In this document: positions 10,998 to 21,300 of the stretch, one piece after another | Numbering within the stretch: the stretch's first letter is position 1 | Layout: each line of letters starts with the position of its first letter | IMG/VR virus record: IMGVR_UViG_3300021599_002397 | Source: an uncultured virus (IMG/VR IMGVR_UViG_3300021599_002397) | Lineage: Duplodnaviria; Heunggongvirae; Uroviricota; Caudoviricetes | DNA: 64,000 bases | Strand: one strand, 5' to 3' | The notes under the pieces: generated by a model | Seen by the model: the letters and a program-made list of their open reading frames with translations, nothing else | What the model was told of the DNA's origin: nothing | Databases searched by the model: none | Program-made: the position numbers and the translations under genes

Positions 10998-13900
10998 TTA
11001 AATAGTTTTCTTACTTTGAGAATAAGCAGGTGAAATTAAAGAGGTCTTAGTGTAACTTCCTGTTACTAGAACATCGAAAGAGAAAAGATCCTCATTTTTT
11101 ACCTGTATATCTATACCTATTTTTTTAGTATAGGTAATATTTTTCAAGTTACCTGCAGATCTCCAGCCTCCAACAAATCCAAGCTTATCTTGAGCTCTCA
11201 TTTGAAAAACTAAAGGAACTGTTATTGCATTCTCCTCTCCAAATTCTAATGTCTTTTTAGCTAATTGAGTAGATCCTTCTATTTGTATAGCTGTGTGATT
11301 AGTCGGTGCTAAGAACAGATAAGATCCGCAAGAAAATTTACCACATAAAAACTCATCAGTATCTATAAATCCTAGTTTGTTCGGATATGCGTCATCATCA
11401 GTACCAAAAGATGAAGAGCTATTTGCTGGATAATATTGTAATTGCTGATATGATGCTGTCTGTGAACTTGTTATTGATGATGTTATGTTAGTATCTGTTT
11501 CAAATCCTAAAGCATGTCTAAAAGATGGATAATCCATTGGTCCTGTAGGAAGAACTGGAGGTCTTATTAAAGTTGCAAAAGGACTACTTCCTCCATCGTT
11601 TATATCAGGGTGACTTATATGAATACAAAATTCATTAAGATTACCATTACCGGTTGGAGTTCCTGTAGAATAATTTCCGTTCCATATATTAGCATTAACA
11701 GAGCCTAAAGGAGTTGTAGTAGGATCAAATGGCATAAGTATCCCATCATTATTTATAGGTAATCCTGAGGTACCATTACTGATGTTCCATGATAAAGAAG
11801 TAGGTGGATCGAAATATAAATTCTCATCTAGACCCACACTCTTATATCTCGTATAAACAAATTGAGAATAGGCATTAGCGCTCTGATATCCAGATGCTTG
11901 TATGAAAGATCCTGGAGAGGATACATTTACATCACCGTTAACTATACCTGATAATTGTACCGGTGTTTCTCCATACTTTCTATTATTATTGTAATCTGAT
12001 TGTCCAACTATAGAGTTAGGTGCTTTTACTCCCTGTCCTCCTGGAATTAAAGAGGATAACTCGAGAGGAGTAGCAGCTTCATTTCTAAGCTCTAAATAAT
12101 ATACCACGGTAGATATTTTTCCTTTGTTGCTAGGATTAGATAAATCTATAAGTTGATCGTAATACCCTGCAAATAAATTTATTGTACTTCCAGGATTTAT
12201 CTTATTTGATGTGTTTCCACTTCTAACATAAACGCCAAGAGTTCCTTTAGCTTTAGCAATAAGTGCTCTAAGAGATTGAAGTTCGTTGTCTATTTGTGTT
12301 ATCTTTTGAAAAAGATCTAAAGCTTTACCTGTAGCATCGAAAAATCCTGATGCAATTACTGATGAGTTATGTGCAAAGAATTTATCTCCAGATGTAAATT
12401 GTGTAGATAAATGCTGATCTAATCCTTTTGCTTGTAAATCCTCTTGAACTTTAACTACTGCTTTATCAGTATTGTTCTGTGCTGCAAAAGATGTGTTATC
12501 AACCTGAACAACTAAATCTGGTGGGAATTCAACTACAGCAGATGTAGACCAATCAGATGTTAAAGGATTAGTTGGCCATCCTGCTTCGGATATCGACTGT
12601 ACTTGTATTTCTACCTTCTCGCCTTTTGTTATAGCTATGTCTAATTGATTTATATTTACCGTATTAGCGTCGCTAACGTCCTCTATTTGCCAAATGTAGG
12701 TTCCAGTATCAGTGTCATATACTTTCTTTCTTACATCGCTTTTAAATTGAACCCAGTTTGTAAATTGGCCAGTTTTTTGTACACCGTTATTGTCTATATA
12801 ATCGATTTGGTCTACGCCATTCGGGTTACCAGTTAATGAAAGATATCTGTATCTAACATTAAATTGTATTATATTTTGCTCTCCAGTTTTAGCATCTATT
12901 ATTGGCTCGGGTATTGGCCAAAATCCTCTTACTCTATATTTAGGTGCTTCTGTTAATTCTGGTATAGTTATAACAAGATTGTTTATTTCTGTTATTGTTG
13001 TTGATAATAATCCAGTTTTTGTACCTTTATCTTTAGTTAAAGAAGCTATTTTGTCGTTTAATTTTTTAAACTCAGCATTAGGCGTTTTCTTTACAGATGT
13101 AGTTGTTAACTCTGATAGTTGTTTTCTAGTCTGATCTATTGCTCTATCTATAGAATCTATCTCATTCTTAAGAGAAGTTTTTATTTTAATCTTGTCTTTA
13201 AAAGATGTGCTTTCTTTAGAATCTGTTACCTGAGCATTTATTTTAACAACTTTAAAATTACCAGGGGAAACTACTGGAGCAGAAGGTGTTTGACCATAAA
13301 TAGAAGGAATAGTATTCTCCTTAGCTGAAGCAATAAATATTTTTCCAAAGTCGGATACTTGAGAATTGTAAAAGGATTCTAAATTTTTTACACCATCACT
13401 AGTTGTAATTTGTAATTCATTAGACCAAAAGCATATACCTGGACTATATTTACTAGAAGCAACATTAAAGTCTCCATCTATAGATTTAATAAAAATTCCC
13501 TGTCTTTCATCAAATCCAACATTTACTTCTACTTGTCTGTTAGATAATACATTAGAATATATTGTCAATGATGAATCTCCTATTTGTACAGGTTCAAATC
13601 CAAATATTCTTTTTAATACAACAGTTTGATTTGTAACATCTATTGCAGATACCTCATACTTAGTACCTCCAGCAGTTATTAATAAATCTCCTTTTGATAA
13701 TGTTCTTGAATTTTCTGTATCTGCTAAGGTATCGTTGTATCTTATTGTGTTCAACTTATACTTTCTTACTGTTACAGTAGTTGTTGTACCACTCTCAGTA
13801 TTTTGTACCTCTTCGTCGAATATTCTAAGAACTCCAAAAGATCCAGTATATCTTATAGTCCTTAATTCAAGGTTATTTATTTGCTCGTCTATAAAATATT

Positions 13901-14477
13901 GTATTCCTTGGCTTTCTAAAGCTCCTATAAGATCAGCATCAGTTATATCGTTTCTTCCCTTTAGATTATTATCAAAGTACTGTTTTTGTACATCAGATTG
14001 TGTGTTTGCGATTATTCTTTTTACGTAAACATTTTCCGAATTTTCAGGTATTTGATTCTCTACGTCTATCTCAACATAAAGAAGAGGGTTAAGAAACGAT
14101 TCAAAAAACCAGTTATTCCTTGCCTGAAAAGTTGAAGGTACTTGTAAGCTAGACGGGGAAGAAGGATCCTTTAGAACTTTAGCCTGATATATTTTAGCAA
14201 CAGTTCCATCCGCATTTCTTACGTTTGCTCTATTATCCTCAAGACCAGATAAAGATTTAATGTTTTGATCTAATCTGTTTATCTCAGACTTTAAAAATCC
14301 GAAAGAAGGAACCTGTATATTTTCGGATGTGTTATCATCTTTTAAAAATTCTATCTCTACAGTATCCTTAGGGGATGTTGTTAAGTCATTAAGTTTATTA
14401 ATAATCTCTAGAGAGTTCTTTTGAAGTCTAAGAAATTGTGCTATTAAGGATGAAAATGAGTTTTTCGTATTCGACAT
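10998..14477 (-). CDS. Large putative virion structural protein with coiled-coil segments (1159 aa)
   Basis: Long ORF tightly packed (3-4 nt gaps) with neighbours; beta-rich domains plus coiled coils. Confidence 0.6.
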   Translation of the reverse strand: MSNTKNSFSSLIAQFLRLQKNSLEIINKLNDLTTSPKDTVEIEFLKDDNTSENIQVPSFGFLKSEINRLDQNIKSLSGLEDNRANVRNADGTVAKIYQAKVLKDPSSPSSLQVPSTFQARNNWFFESFLNPLLYVEIDVENQIPENSENVYVKRIIANTQSDVQKQYFDNNLKGRNDITDADLIGALESQGIQYFIDEQINNLELRTIRYTGSFGVLRIFDEEVQNTESGTTTTVTVRKYKLNTIRYNDTLADTENSRTLSKGDLLITAGGTKYEVSAIDVTNQTVVLKRIFGFEPVQIGDSSLTIYSNVLSNRQVEVNVGFDERQGIFIKSIDGDFNVASSKYSPGICFWSNELQITTSDGVKNLESFYNSQVSDFGKIFIASAKENTIPSIYGQTPSAPVVSPGNFKVVKINAQVTDSKESTSFKDKIKIKTSLKNEIDSIDRAIDQTRKQLSELTTTSVKKTPNAEFKKLNDKIASLTKDKGTKTGLLSTTITEINNLVITIPELTEAPKYRVRGFWPIPEPIIDAKTGEQNIIQFNVRYRYLSLTGNPNGVDQIDYIDNNGVQKTGQFTNWVQFKSDVRKKVYDTDTGTYIWQIEDVSDANTVNINQLDIAITKGEKVEIQVQSISEAGWPTNPLTSDWSTSAVVEFPPDLVVQVDNTSFAAQNNTDKAVVKVQEDLQAKGLDQHLSTQFTSGDKFFAHNSSVIASGFFDATGKALDLFQKITQIDNELQSLRALIAKAKGTLGVYVRSGNTSNKINPGSTINLFAGYYDQLIDLSNPSNKGKISTVVYYLELRNEAATPLELSSLIPGGQGVKAPNSIVGQSDYNNNRKYGETPVQLSGIVNGDVNVSSPGSFIQASGYQSANAYSQFVYTRYKSVGLDENLYFDPPTSLSWNISNGTSGLPINNDGILMPFDPTTTPLGSVNANIWNGNYSTGTPTGNGNLNEFCIHISHPDINDGGSSPFATLIRPPVLPTGPMDYPSFRHALGFETDTNITSSITSSQTASYQQLQYYPANSSSSFGTDDDAYPNKLGFIDTDEFLCGKFSCGSYLFLAPTNHTAIQIEGSTQLAKKTLEFGEENAITVPLVFQMRAQDKLGFVGGWRSAGNLKNITYTKKIGIDIQVKNEDLFSFDVLVTGSYTKTSLISPAYSQSKKTI

Positions 14478-14481
14478 TTTT

Positions 14482-16665
14482 TTATCTTATTTGATCTATT
14501 TCAAATATTAAATTTTTAGCATCTATACAAACTATATCAAATATAGGTTTATAATTAGAACTAGAGAATTGTATATTTAGGAATCCAGCTACAACGGAAG
14601 AGTAAGGAACTCCAGAAGGGTTAGATTTAGGATATTCACCTAGAGCATCGGTAAGAATAACTAAAGAATAATTACCAAGATCTATATCGTCTCCTATAAT
14701 AAATCTTAATACCTGACCTTTCTCCCATTTATTTATAGTGTCATCTATTCTTATAACTATATCATTATTAGCAGTTATAGATACTCCATTATTTTTATGT
14801 TTTAAATAATTAGTATAGATTGATAAAGGAACTGTATTACCTGCAACAGGATTTATAGTAAATAATGAACTTGTTCCTATATTATAATCCTGCTGAGTTA
14901 CATTTACCTTTAATATATTAGGTACGCTCCTATCAACAGATGTACCGCTACCATCTTTTAAAAGATCTAGATTATAAGATAGATTAACAGAAGTTTGATT
15001 TTGTAATATATTATTTATTGTATCAGTATTCTGTTCTATTAGATTTAATATGTCTTGAGTATTATCAAAAAGAGCTTGATTTGCTTGTAATGAAGATTCT
15101 ATTACGTCTAATCTATTTTTTATCTCAGTGCTATCGTCAGTATTAATTATTAAATCTTTAAGTCCTGCAATTTCCTCCTGCATTGCAGCAATCTGTAATG
15201 TTCTATCATTTAGATTTTTGGCTGCATCTTGTAGAACTGTAGCTGCGTCCATGAAGATAGAAAGTGAAAACGAAGAATAATCGTTTATCGCTTGCTCTAC
15301 TCCTGTACTCTCTACATCAGTATCAAACTTAAGATTTATTTTAAATCCGTAAGAATTACCATTTAATTTAGTAATTGGGTCTGGTTTAAATTTCTTAAAC
15401 GAAGGTAATTTAGCTGCATTGGTAGATACAGGCTCAGGATCATTTAAGAAAAGTATACCATAAAGATTCGTTTCAGAATCTGTTGGATTATTAGGATCAT
15501 AAACATCATAATAAACCAAAACTGCATTAAAATCAAAAGAAGTTGTAGTGGGGGTTCCGTTCCATTCCTCTATTGTAGAAATACCAACATAATTCTGTAT
15601 TGCCTTATAAGAAGATGGATCAAAATCTATTTGTACCCCATCAAGATTACTTCTTTTATAAGTAACAGTATATCCAGTAGGTCCAGAAGCAGCTAAATAT
15701 TTTTCTAATGTATAATTAGTAGAATCAAAAAAAGTTGGGTCAGTAAAATATGAATTGGCCTCGTCTCTAGGGGAATACCAATTATTAGAAAAAGATCCAG
15801 TAGCTGAAGTTCCACTAACTCCAGGATCTCCTAATGAATCCTGGTCAAATATAGCAAGTTTAGGTAAACCATTAGGGCCATATAGACCAGAAGCTGAATC
15901 TCTTCCTTGTAAATATTCAGTATCTGTTGGATCTGGAGGTAAATGAGTCCATGTTCTGTCTGGATAATAATTCTCATCTGCTACTGTCTTAAACAAGACA
16001 TAAGGAGTTCCTCCATCTCCAGTTGGTACATGTATATAAACTTCAGAATATGCGTTCTCTGAATTTTGAACAGAGTTTACGACATCTATATCGCCAATAT
16101 ATTGTACTACTCTTTCGTATCTTGGATTTGGACTTCCGTTACCAGTAAGAAGAGTATCCTCCTCAACCCATCTTTTATCTGAGTATGGGTAACCGTCTTT
16201 AGTTGTTGTTGTTGATTGGTTTAAAGAAGCAACTACTTCATTAGTATTAGCAGCTCTATATCTTACACCACTTAACTCTTTTATCCATTTCCAAAATATT
16301 CTTTCAGAAACATTTCTTTTAAGTTCTGGATTATAATTTGGATCAGATATAACGGTAGCTTCTAGATTCAAACAATAATTTTGAAAAGATATCTCAGGAG
16401 ATGGACTTAAATTATTTGGGTTAGTAAGTATAAAATCTCCTTCTGCTGCGTCTAAAAATGTACTATCTATAGCATTAAATCTTAAAGCATTTTCTCCGTA
16501 AATTGGACTACCAAACTCAGGAAGTTTTAAAAGTGCATATTTAGAGAACGTAAACTTCTTAAGAGAGTTATTAAAAGTTAAAGTTAAATCTTCTGCAGCA
16601 GAAGAAAAGGTATAAAAAGTACCTCCTTGAACTGATATGGGTCTTATATAGGGTGTCTTTGCCAT
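14482..16665 (-). CDS. Putative virion structural protein (727 aa)
   Basis: Long ORF, central coiled coil, operon-like packing. Confidence 0.6.
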   Translation of the reverse strand: MAKTPYIRPISVQGGTFYTFSSAAEDLTLTFNNSLKKFTFSKYALLKLPEFGSPIYGENALRFNAIDSTFLDAAEGDFILTNPNNLSPSPEISFQNYCLNLEATVISDPNYNPELKRNVSERIFWKWIKELSGVRYRAANTNEVVASLNQSTTTTKDGYPYSDKRWVEEDTLLTGNGSPNPRYERVVQYIGDIDVVNSVQNSENAYSEVYIHVPTGDGGTPYVLFKTVADENYYPDRTWTHLPPDPTDTEYLQGRDSASGLYGPNGLPKLAIFDQDSLGDPGVSGTSATGSFSNNWYSPRDEANSYFTDPTFFDSTNYTLEKYLAASGPTGYTVTYKRSNLDGVQIDFDPSSYKAIQNYVGISTIEEWNGTPTTTSFDFNAVLVYYDVYDPNNPTDSETNLYGILFLNDPEPVSTNAAKLPSFKKFKPDPITKLNGNSYGFKINLKFDTDVESTGVEQAINDYSSFSLSIFMDAATVLQDAAKNLNDRTLQIAAMQEEIAGLKDLIINTDDSTEIKNRLDVIESSLQANQALFDNTQDILNLIEQNTDTINNILQNQTSVNLSYNLDLLKDGSGTSVDRSVPNILKVNVTQQDYNIGTSSLFTINPVAGNTVPLSIYTNYLKHKNNGVSITANNDIVIRIDDTINKWEKGQVLRFIIGDDIDLGNYSLVILTDALGEYPKSNPSGVPYSSVVAGFLNIQFSSSNYKPIFDIVCIDAKNLIFEIDQIR

Positions 16666-16680
16666 TTATTTAATACTTAA

Positions 16681-17598
16681 TTAGTATGTGAATCCTTGTG
16701 TACAGTTTACAACGACCCAAGAACCTTTTTGAGTTGGCTGTCCTTGATCTATTCTAGGTTCCCACATAAGAGTAACAGAAGACTTATATTGATCCCCTGG
16801 TGTTTGTATATTAGGATCTGAATAAGATCCGTCTCCTGTTGAAAATCCTGTATAATAGTAAGGCGAAGGTCCAGTTACTCCAGTAGAAATTATTCCAGGA
16901 GTTGTGGCAGTATCTATTAGCGTTACTGTATAGCCAGCAGGGATATCAGAAGCAGTTGCTCCAGAACCTGTTGTTGCATAAAAGAAAAATCCACTGGCAA
17001 ATCCAGCATCAGCCGGCGCACTTGAAACATAGTCTGATTGTATATAGATAACATTTTCGGTTAAAGTTAATTGATAAGGTGTGGAATATGTTCCAGTAAC
17101 ACCTGCTCCAGGAGCAGAAGGAAATGCTGTTGTCGAACCAACTGTTGCTTTTCTATTTGTATTAACAAAATTACCAGAAGCCCCTATACTAACTCTTCCC
17201 TCTACATTAAGAACACTTTGGAATGTTGCAGTTGCTCCGAAAGTTGCTGATCCAGAAGCACCAAATGTATTGGATTGTAAAACATTAGAAAAAATACCTG
17301 TAGCTCCTGCTATAGTATTGGAAGATATAATAGATCCTCCACTTGCTCCTGTTCCGTATATTTGTATAAGCGGTGATCCAGATGCTGGCATCACCAAGCT
17401 ATTAGCCATTAACGATTTGGCTTTAATTTGCCCACTAGATGCAGAAGATACGTCTAACGATCCAGTTAATACGTTTATATTAAAAGAATTTTCTAAATCG
17501 TTATAAGCATTCTCAAGCAATAAAAAGTTAGCATTGATAGTTAACCTAGACCCGGATATAGAATCGGTTCCGAGAATTTCTGTAATTGTAATTGCCAT
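16681..17598 (-). CDS. Short fibre/appendage-like structural protein
   Basis: Gly/Ser/Thr/Ala-rich; N-terminal ITEILGTDSISGSRLTINANF resembles the N-terminus of the 926-aa fibre. Confidence 0.55.
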   Translation of the reverse strand: MAITITEILGTDSISGSRLTINANFLLLENAYNDLENSFNINVLTGSLDVSSASSGQIKAKSLMANSLVMPASGSPLIQIYGTGASGGSIISSNTIAGATGIFSNVLQSNTFGASGSATFGATATFQSVLNVEGRVSIGASGNFVNTNRKATVGSTTAFPSAPGAGVTGTYSTPYQLTLTENVIYIQSDYVSSAPADAGFASGFFFYATTGSGATASDIPAGYTVTLIDTATTPGIISTGVTGPSPYYYTGFSTGDGSYSDPNIQTPGDQYKSSVTLMWEPRIDQGQPTQKGSWVVVNCTQGFTY

Positions 17599-17615
17599 TT
17601 GATTTTCCTTTTTTT

Positions 17616-17625
17616 GATATATATC
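17616..17625. promoter_or_regulatory. Palindromic GATATATATC, candidate bidirectional (late) promoter
   Basis: Contains GATATATA on both strands between divergent genes; the same 8-mer precedes several other starts. Confidence 0.45.
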
Positions 17626-17683
17626 CTGTATTTAATACTTTAAGAAAAGACAGGGTTAATTATTAAACCGAGAAACATCGAAT

Positions 17684-18385
17684 ATGTTTCTCAAAATAAA
17701 AAAAAATCTTATGGTTACAGGAAGCAATTGGACTCAAAAAAGAAAACCCAAAAATCCCATCAAATTTAAAATCAATTTAAATGAGGAGCAAAAGGATGCT
17801 AAAGCTATTATTTTAGAAAATCCGGTAAATGTTCTTAAGGGTGCAGCAGGATCAGGTAAAACCTTGCTAGCGGTACAAATAGCTTTAGATATGCTATTTA
17901 ATAGGGAGATTGAAAAGCTAGTTATTACTAGACCGACAGTAGCAAAAGAGGATATAGGATTCCTTCCAGGGGATCTTAAAGAAAAGATGGATCCGTGGTT
18001 AGCTCCTATTTATGCAAATCTAGAAATGGTCTACGAAAAAACCAAGATTGAAAAATTACTAAGTGAAGGAATAATAGAAATACTTCCATTTCCTTTCATG
18101 AGAGGTAGAACATTAGTTAATTCTTGTGTAATTGTTGACGAGGCACAAAACGTAACTATGAGTCAGATGGAAATGGTACTAGGAAGACTTGGTATAGGTT
18201 CTAAAATAATAATATGTGGTGATACTTCACAGATAGATCTAAAGAACAAAAAGGAATCTGGACTAGATTTTATGAATACTCTTTCTGCAAGAGTTCCGGG
18301 GGTTAAAGTTATTACTCTTAAGAAAAATCACAGACACCCTATAGTTCCTGAAATATTAGATGTGTACAAGGAGTATACAACATAG
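17684..18385 (+). CDS. phoH: PhoH-family ATPase (start may be ATG at 17711)
   Basis: Walker A GAAGSGKT, TRP, IGFLPGDLKEKMDPW, FMRGRT, IVDEAQN, GDTSQID, RHP motifs. Confidence 0.95.
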   Translation: MFLKIKKNLMVTGSNWTQKRKPKNPIKFKINLNEEQKDAKAIILENPVNVLKGAAGSGKTLLAVQIALDMLFNREIEKLVITRPTVAKEDIGFLPGDLKEKMDPWLAPIYANLEMVYEKTKIEKLLSEGIIEILPFPFMRGRTLVNSCVIVDEAQNVTMSQMEMVLGRLGIGSKIIICGDTSQIDLKNKKESGLDFMNTLSARVPGVKVITLKKNHRHPIVPEILDVYKEYTT

Positions 18386-18399
18386 AAGATGAATAGGAA

Positions 18400-21300
18400 T
18401 TAATCTATATCGAACCTAGATAGAGGTGGAAACCCTAATTCTTTTCTATCGTAATATATTGTTCTTAGTAAGTAATCATTAGGATTAACAACCTCTGGTT
18501 TAAGATCTCCAGCAAAAGCTTCCTTATGATCTATAACTCTTATTTTACCAGAATGTGATGTTTCGTAAATGTTACCATTTGCATCCTGAAGTTCACAAGC
18601 GATAGAATAGAATCCAGGATTTAAGAATGTCCATATAAAATATGGGGACTTTCTTATTTTAACTATAACTTCACCAGTTTCTGTATCGCTTAAAGTCCAT
18701 ATGTGGTCTTTCTTTCCAGGGATTAAAGAATCTATCGGATTTATAAATATAGTGGTTGCTAAAGGTATTTCAAATTCATCTCTATAGAATTTTTCCTCCT
18801 TCCAAGACCATGCGTGAGACCCAAGCCAAGATTGTACTGATCCTATCTTATTACCACCTTTGAATCTTTCCTTTGGTATTTTTCCTAAGAAAGCATCTAG
18901 ATTTCCTCCAGGTGGGGATAAAATAACATAAGGTGAAAATTCAGATTCCCCTTCAAAATAACCAGTTATATAAATATTTTCTTCTTTATCCAAAACTAGA
19001 TCAGCTCCTGAATCATTGTTAATACCTCCAGCTGTTACTATATCTACTAATAATCCATCCTTATTGAATTTAGTTAAATATATGTCTGTTCCCCCTCTTG
19101 ATTCTATTTCCTCCGGAGAAAAATACGCTGGTGAAGTGTATGATCCTGTTATATAAACATTTTCCTCAGAATCACTTTCTATATCGTGAGCAGTATCACC
19201 CCCCAATCCTCCGCACATTTTCATCCAAATCAATTTTCCAGTGGACAACAGTTTTATTACAAATATATCAGTTGTTCCAGGGAATGAAGATAATGTCTGG
19301 TCCTCTATTTTTATAGTTCCTTCATATGAACCACTAATTAATACGTGTCCATTAGGATCTAAACATATTGATGAGGAGCCAAAAGATGTGGAAGAATCGT
19401 ATCCAATACTATTAGCCCATAAGCATTCCCCGTCTCCTGTATAGAATTTAGCTATAAACATATCAGGATTACCCACACCGGTTAATTGTATAGGTCCTAA
19501 ATCTATCTGAGAATCAAATACCCCAGTTAAATAAAGGTATTCTTCTTTTAGTATTCCTATCTCATATGCTTTAGAATACGTGGTATTCGTAAATTGCTTA
19601 GCCCAAACAAAAGTCATAGAAGGATCTAATTTAGCTAAGAATCCAGAATCTTGTCCGGTTGATATTAAAGATGACGAGCCAAGGATTAGATTTCCTTGGA
19701 ATCCTCCACATATATAAATATTTTCATACTTATCTACTTTAATATCGCCTATGTATTGATCTGGTGTAATAGGTATATTCAAAGAATTTAATAAAACACC
19801 ATCAAAATTAAACTTATCTATTTGTATAAATCCAGTAAGATTATTATCGCTAACTACATATATGTTTCCATTCGTATCTGTTATAACAGATCTAGCATAA
19901 ATAGGGCCTTGAGGTGATGTTGATGCTATAGATCTAGCCCATTGTATAACTCCGCCTTTATTATATTTAGCTATATAAACTCCTTGGTCTAATGATGTTA
20001 GATATAGATCCTGAGTACCTATATTATTAACCTCACCCATAAATATAGTACCAGTAAAGTCTCCAATAGCTATTATGTCACCCTCGTTGTCTACTGTAAC
20101 CTTGACACCCTGGTCAGGATTGCTATTACCTAGTGTTATAACCCATTCGAAATTATCAAAAAGATCCCTAGATTTTTTCTTAGCTATTCTCTCTATTTGG
20201 GAGTTTTTCCAGTAAGGTTCTTTATTGGCTTTGCCGTTTAAAATATCTCTTAAGGGAGCGTATAAGAAGACATCGTCTATATTCAAAGATGGAAATTGGT
20301 CTTTCAATCGATCGATGCTGTAGCGCTGCCAAATAGGCTTATACCAAGAATATCTATCAACATTAGGCATGATAGGTCTGGTGTAATCTGAATTTAAAGT
20401 TATATTATCATAATAAGGGCCAACTATAAAGTTAAAACCTAATTGTGATGTGCCTATACCAGAATCAAAAATATATTCTACTGACGGAAGAGGACTAGAA
20501 GTATCATGATAAATAAAATCCCATCCATTAGTACCAGGATCCTTAGATGTCGCCTGTATATGAGGTATTATATAATCTATTTTACCTATCTCTCCATCCT
20601 TTGTTAGAATTAAAAGATTCTTAGGGAAAGTTGTTTCCCCATTTTTAATAGTTTTCCATGGTGCGGATAATGATATCTTACCAAAATTACAATCAACAGG
20701 ATTTATAAGAGTAGTTCCATCATTTCTATATAAAACTTTAGTAAAATAGTATCCATCGAAATAATAAAGCTCTGTATTAGAAGGGGAAGAACTAGAATCT
20801 ATAGTAAACCATATATTACTGTTTCCTGTTTCTATTATGCTTTTTACAGATCCTAAATTTAGTTCAGGATTAGTAGCATTGTTCCAAACCGCCCATCTTA
20901 TATCATCCCAATAAACTAAACCATCGGAAGTTCCTATCCATTTATGATTTAGCTTATCTAATTCAATAGAATAAACATTATTTGAAGGAATACCTGAGTT
21001 ACCTATATTATAGTTTTTAAAATTAACCCCATCAAATCTAGAAATTCCGTTATCTGTTGCTATCCATAAGTACCACTTGTTTATCGAGTAATATTGTAAT
21101 TTAAGATCTCTTATATTATCGGAAGGTATATCAGAATTAGAAGTTGTATAAAGATTCCAAGATTTTGCACTAGAATCATAGAAAAGTAATCCGTCATAAG
21201 AAGGTGAAGAGTTGCAAGTAAATCCTGCAAATATGTCCCCTCTCTGCGGATTTATTTCTATACAATTTATACTAGAAGGTGTTATAGGAGATATTGGATT

